A stretch of 61,101 nucleotides of DNA, the filler included, from Circinaria calcarea (Eukaryota), in NCBI GenBank assembly GCA_051942165.1. It is 9 parts of 9 records of this genome, joined end to end, with 100 filler letters (N's around TTAATTAATTAA, not from the genome) between each part and the next. Parts side by side here need not be neighbours in the genome. Positions count along the whole stretch, not along the records: positions 54,422 to 61,101 come from JAVECS010001518.1; 8 more parts are not named here. The stretch is one strand, 5' to 3'. Every line of letters starts with the position of its first letter. Positions within the stretch are counted from its first letter, which is position 1. Shown here piece by piece: positions 60,504 through 61,101 of the stretch. The notes below the pieces were generated by a model, which was not told the origin of the DNA, did not search any database, and saw only the letters and a program-made list of their open reading frames with translations. The position numbers and the translations under genes were made by a program.

Positions 60504-61101
60504 CCCTAGCCAAATTCTTGTGTGAAGGAAATAGGAGTGCTCCGCTATGCTCCTAAGGGTATAGGTAATGACGTCTGTCGAGAATTAGGTTTCGAGAAGA
60601 GGTCCCGAATAGTGAAGAATCAAAGGGGCATGTGACACGAACTGACTTGCTACAGTGCAATGCGGACATAGGGGTCATCATATAGTAATGGAATTCAATA
60701 ACTGCTTCCGAATCACTATTCTGCTCTGCCATGTGCGCGAAAGTGTGCAAGACGTGGGACTCCTGCCTGCCCATTCCCCATGCGCGCCCTAATCAACTAC
60801 TCGCTTTGGCTCCCCTATGCGCGCGCCCTAATCACTAGTCACTTTAGGCTCCAACTACAGTAATCAAGATGAAATTCCATTTCATCTCATTAGATGTGTG
60901 CACTTCCCGTGATAAGAAAGGGGGGGGAAGAAGAAAAAAAATTCCTGATTTTCATTCCCACCACATTCTAACACTATGACCTTCCCCGCGGCTTTTTAAA
61001 CCCTTCAAAATTCTAAAATATAAAAGCCCCCAGCTCGGCTGATGCCGATGCCGATGCTGATGCTGTAGGGTGGGGAACAGAGAACGAGGATAGAGGGGGG
61101 G

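Overview
Eukaryotic DNA from a filamentous ascomycete (Pezizomycotina-type genes, short introns, RIP-like AT-rich remnants). It is not one locus: nine unrelated contigs of about 6.7 kb, sorted by decreasing length, are joined by 100-nt linkers (44 N + TTAATTAATTAA + 44 N), so neighbourhood arguments hold only within a contig. Recognisable genes: CPA1/arg-2 with its spliced arginine-attenuator uORF, an auxin-efflux-carrier-family transporter, a DUF3824 protein, a LIM-RhoGAP (Rga), a CFEM GPI protein, a cytochrome b561-domain protein, HRD3/SEL1, the CYA-5 PPR protein, SRP68, an acid-sphingomyelinase-like enzyme and a decayed DIM-5-like SET gene. Best leads: (1) an unannotated 67-aa secreted precursor with one KR-flanked core, head-to-head with a DUF3328/UstYa oxidase (candidate new fungal RiPP); (2) an intronless RNase III with an N-terminal dsRBD-like domain, followed 24 nt after its stop by a ~60-bp hairpin (candidate enzyme/substrate pair); (3) a UbiA-type terpene cyclase, P450 and thioesterase cluster; (4) a complete 847-bp TRIM-like LTR element with a 5-bp TSD. 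All family calls come from motif recognition by eye; no searches were run.
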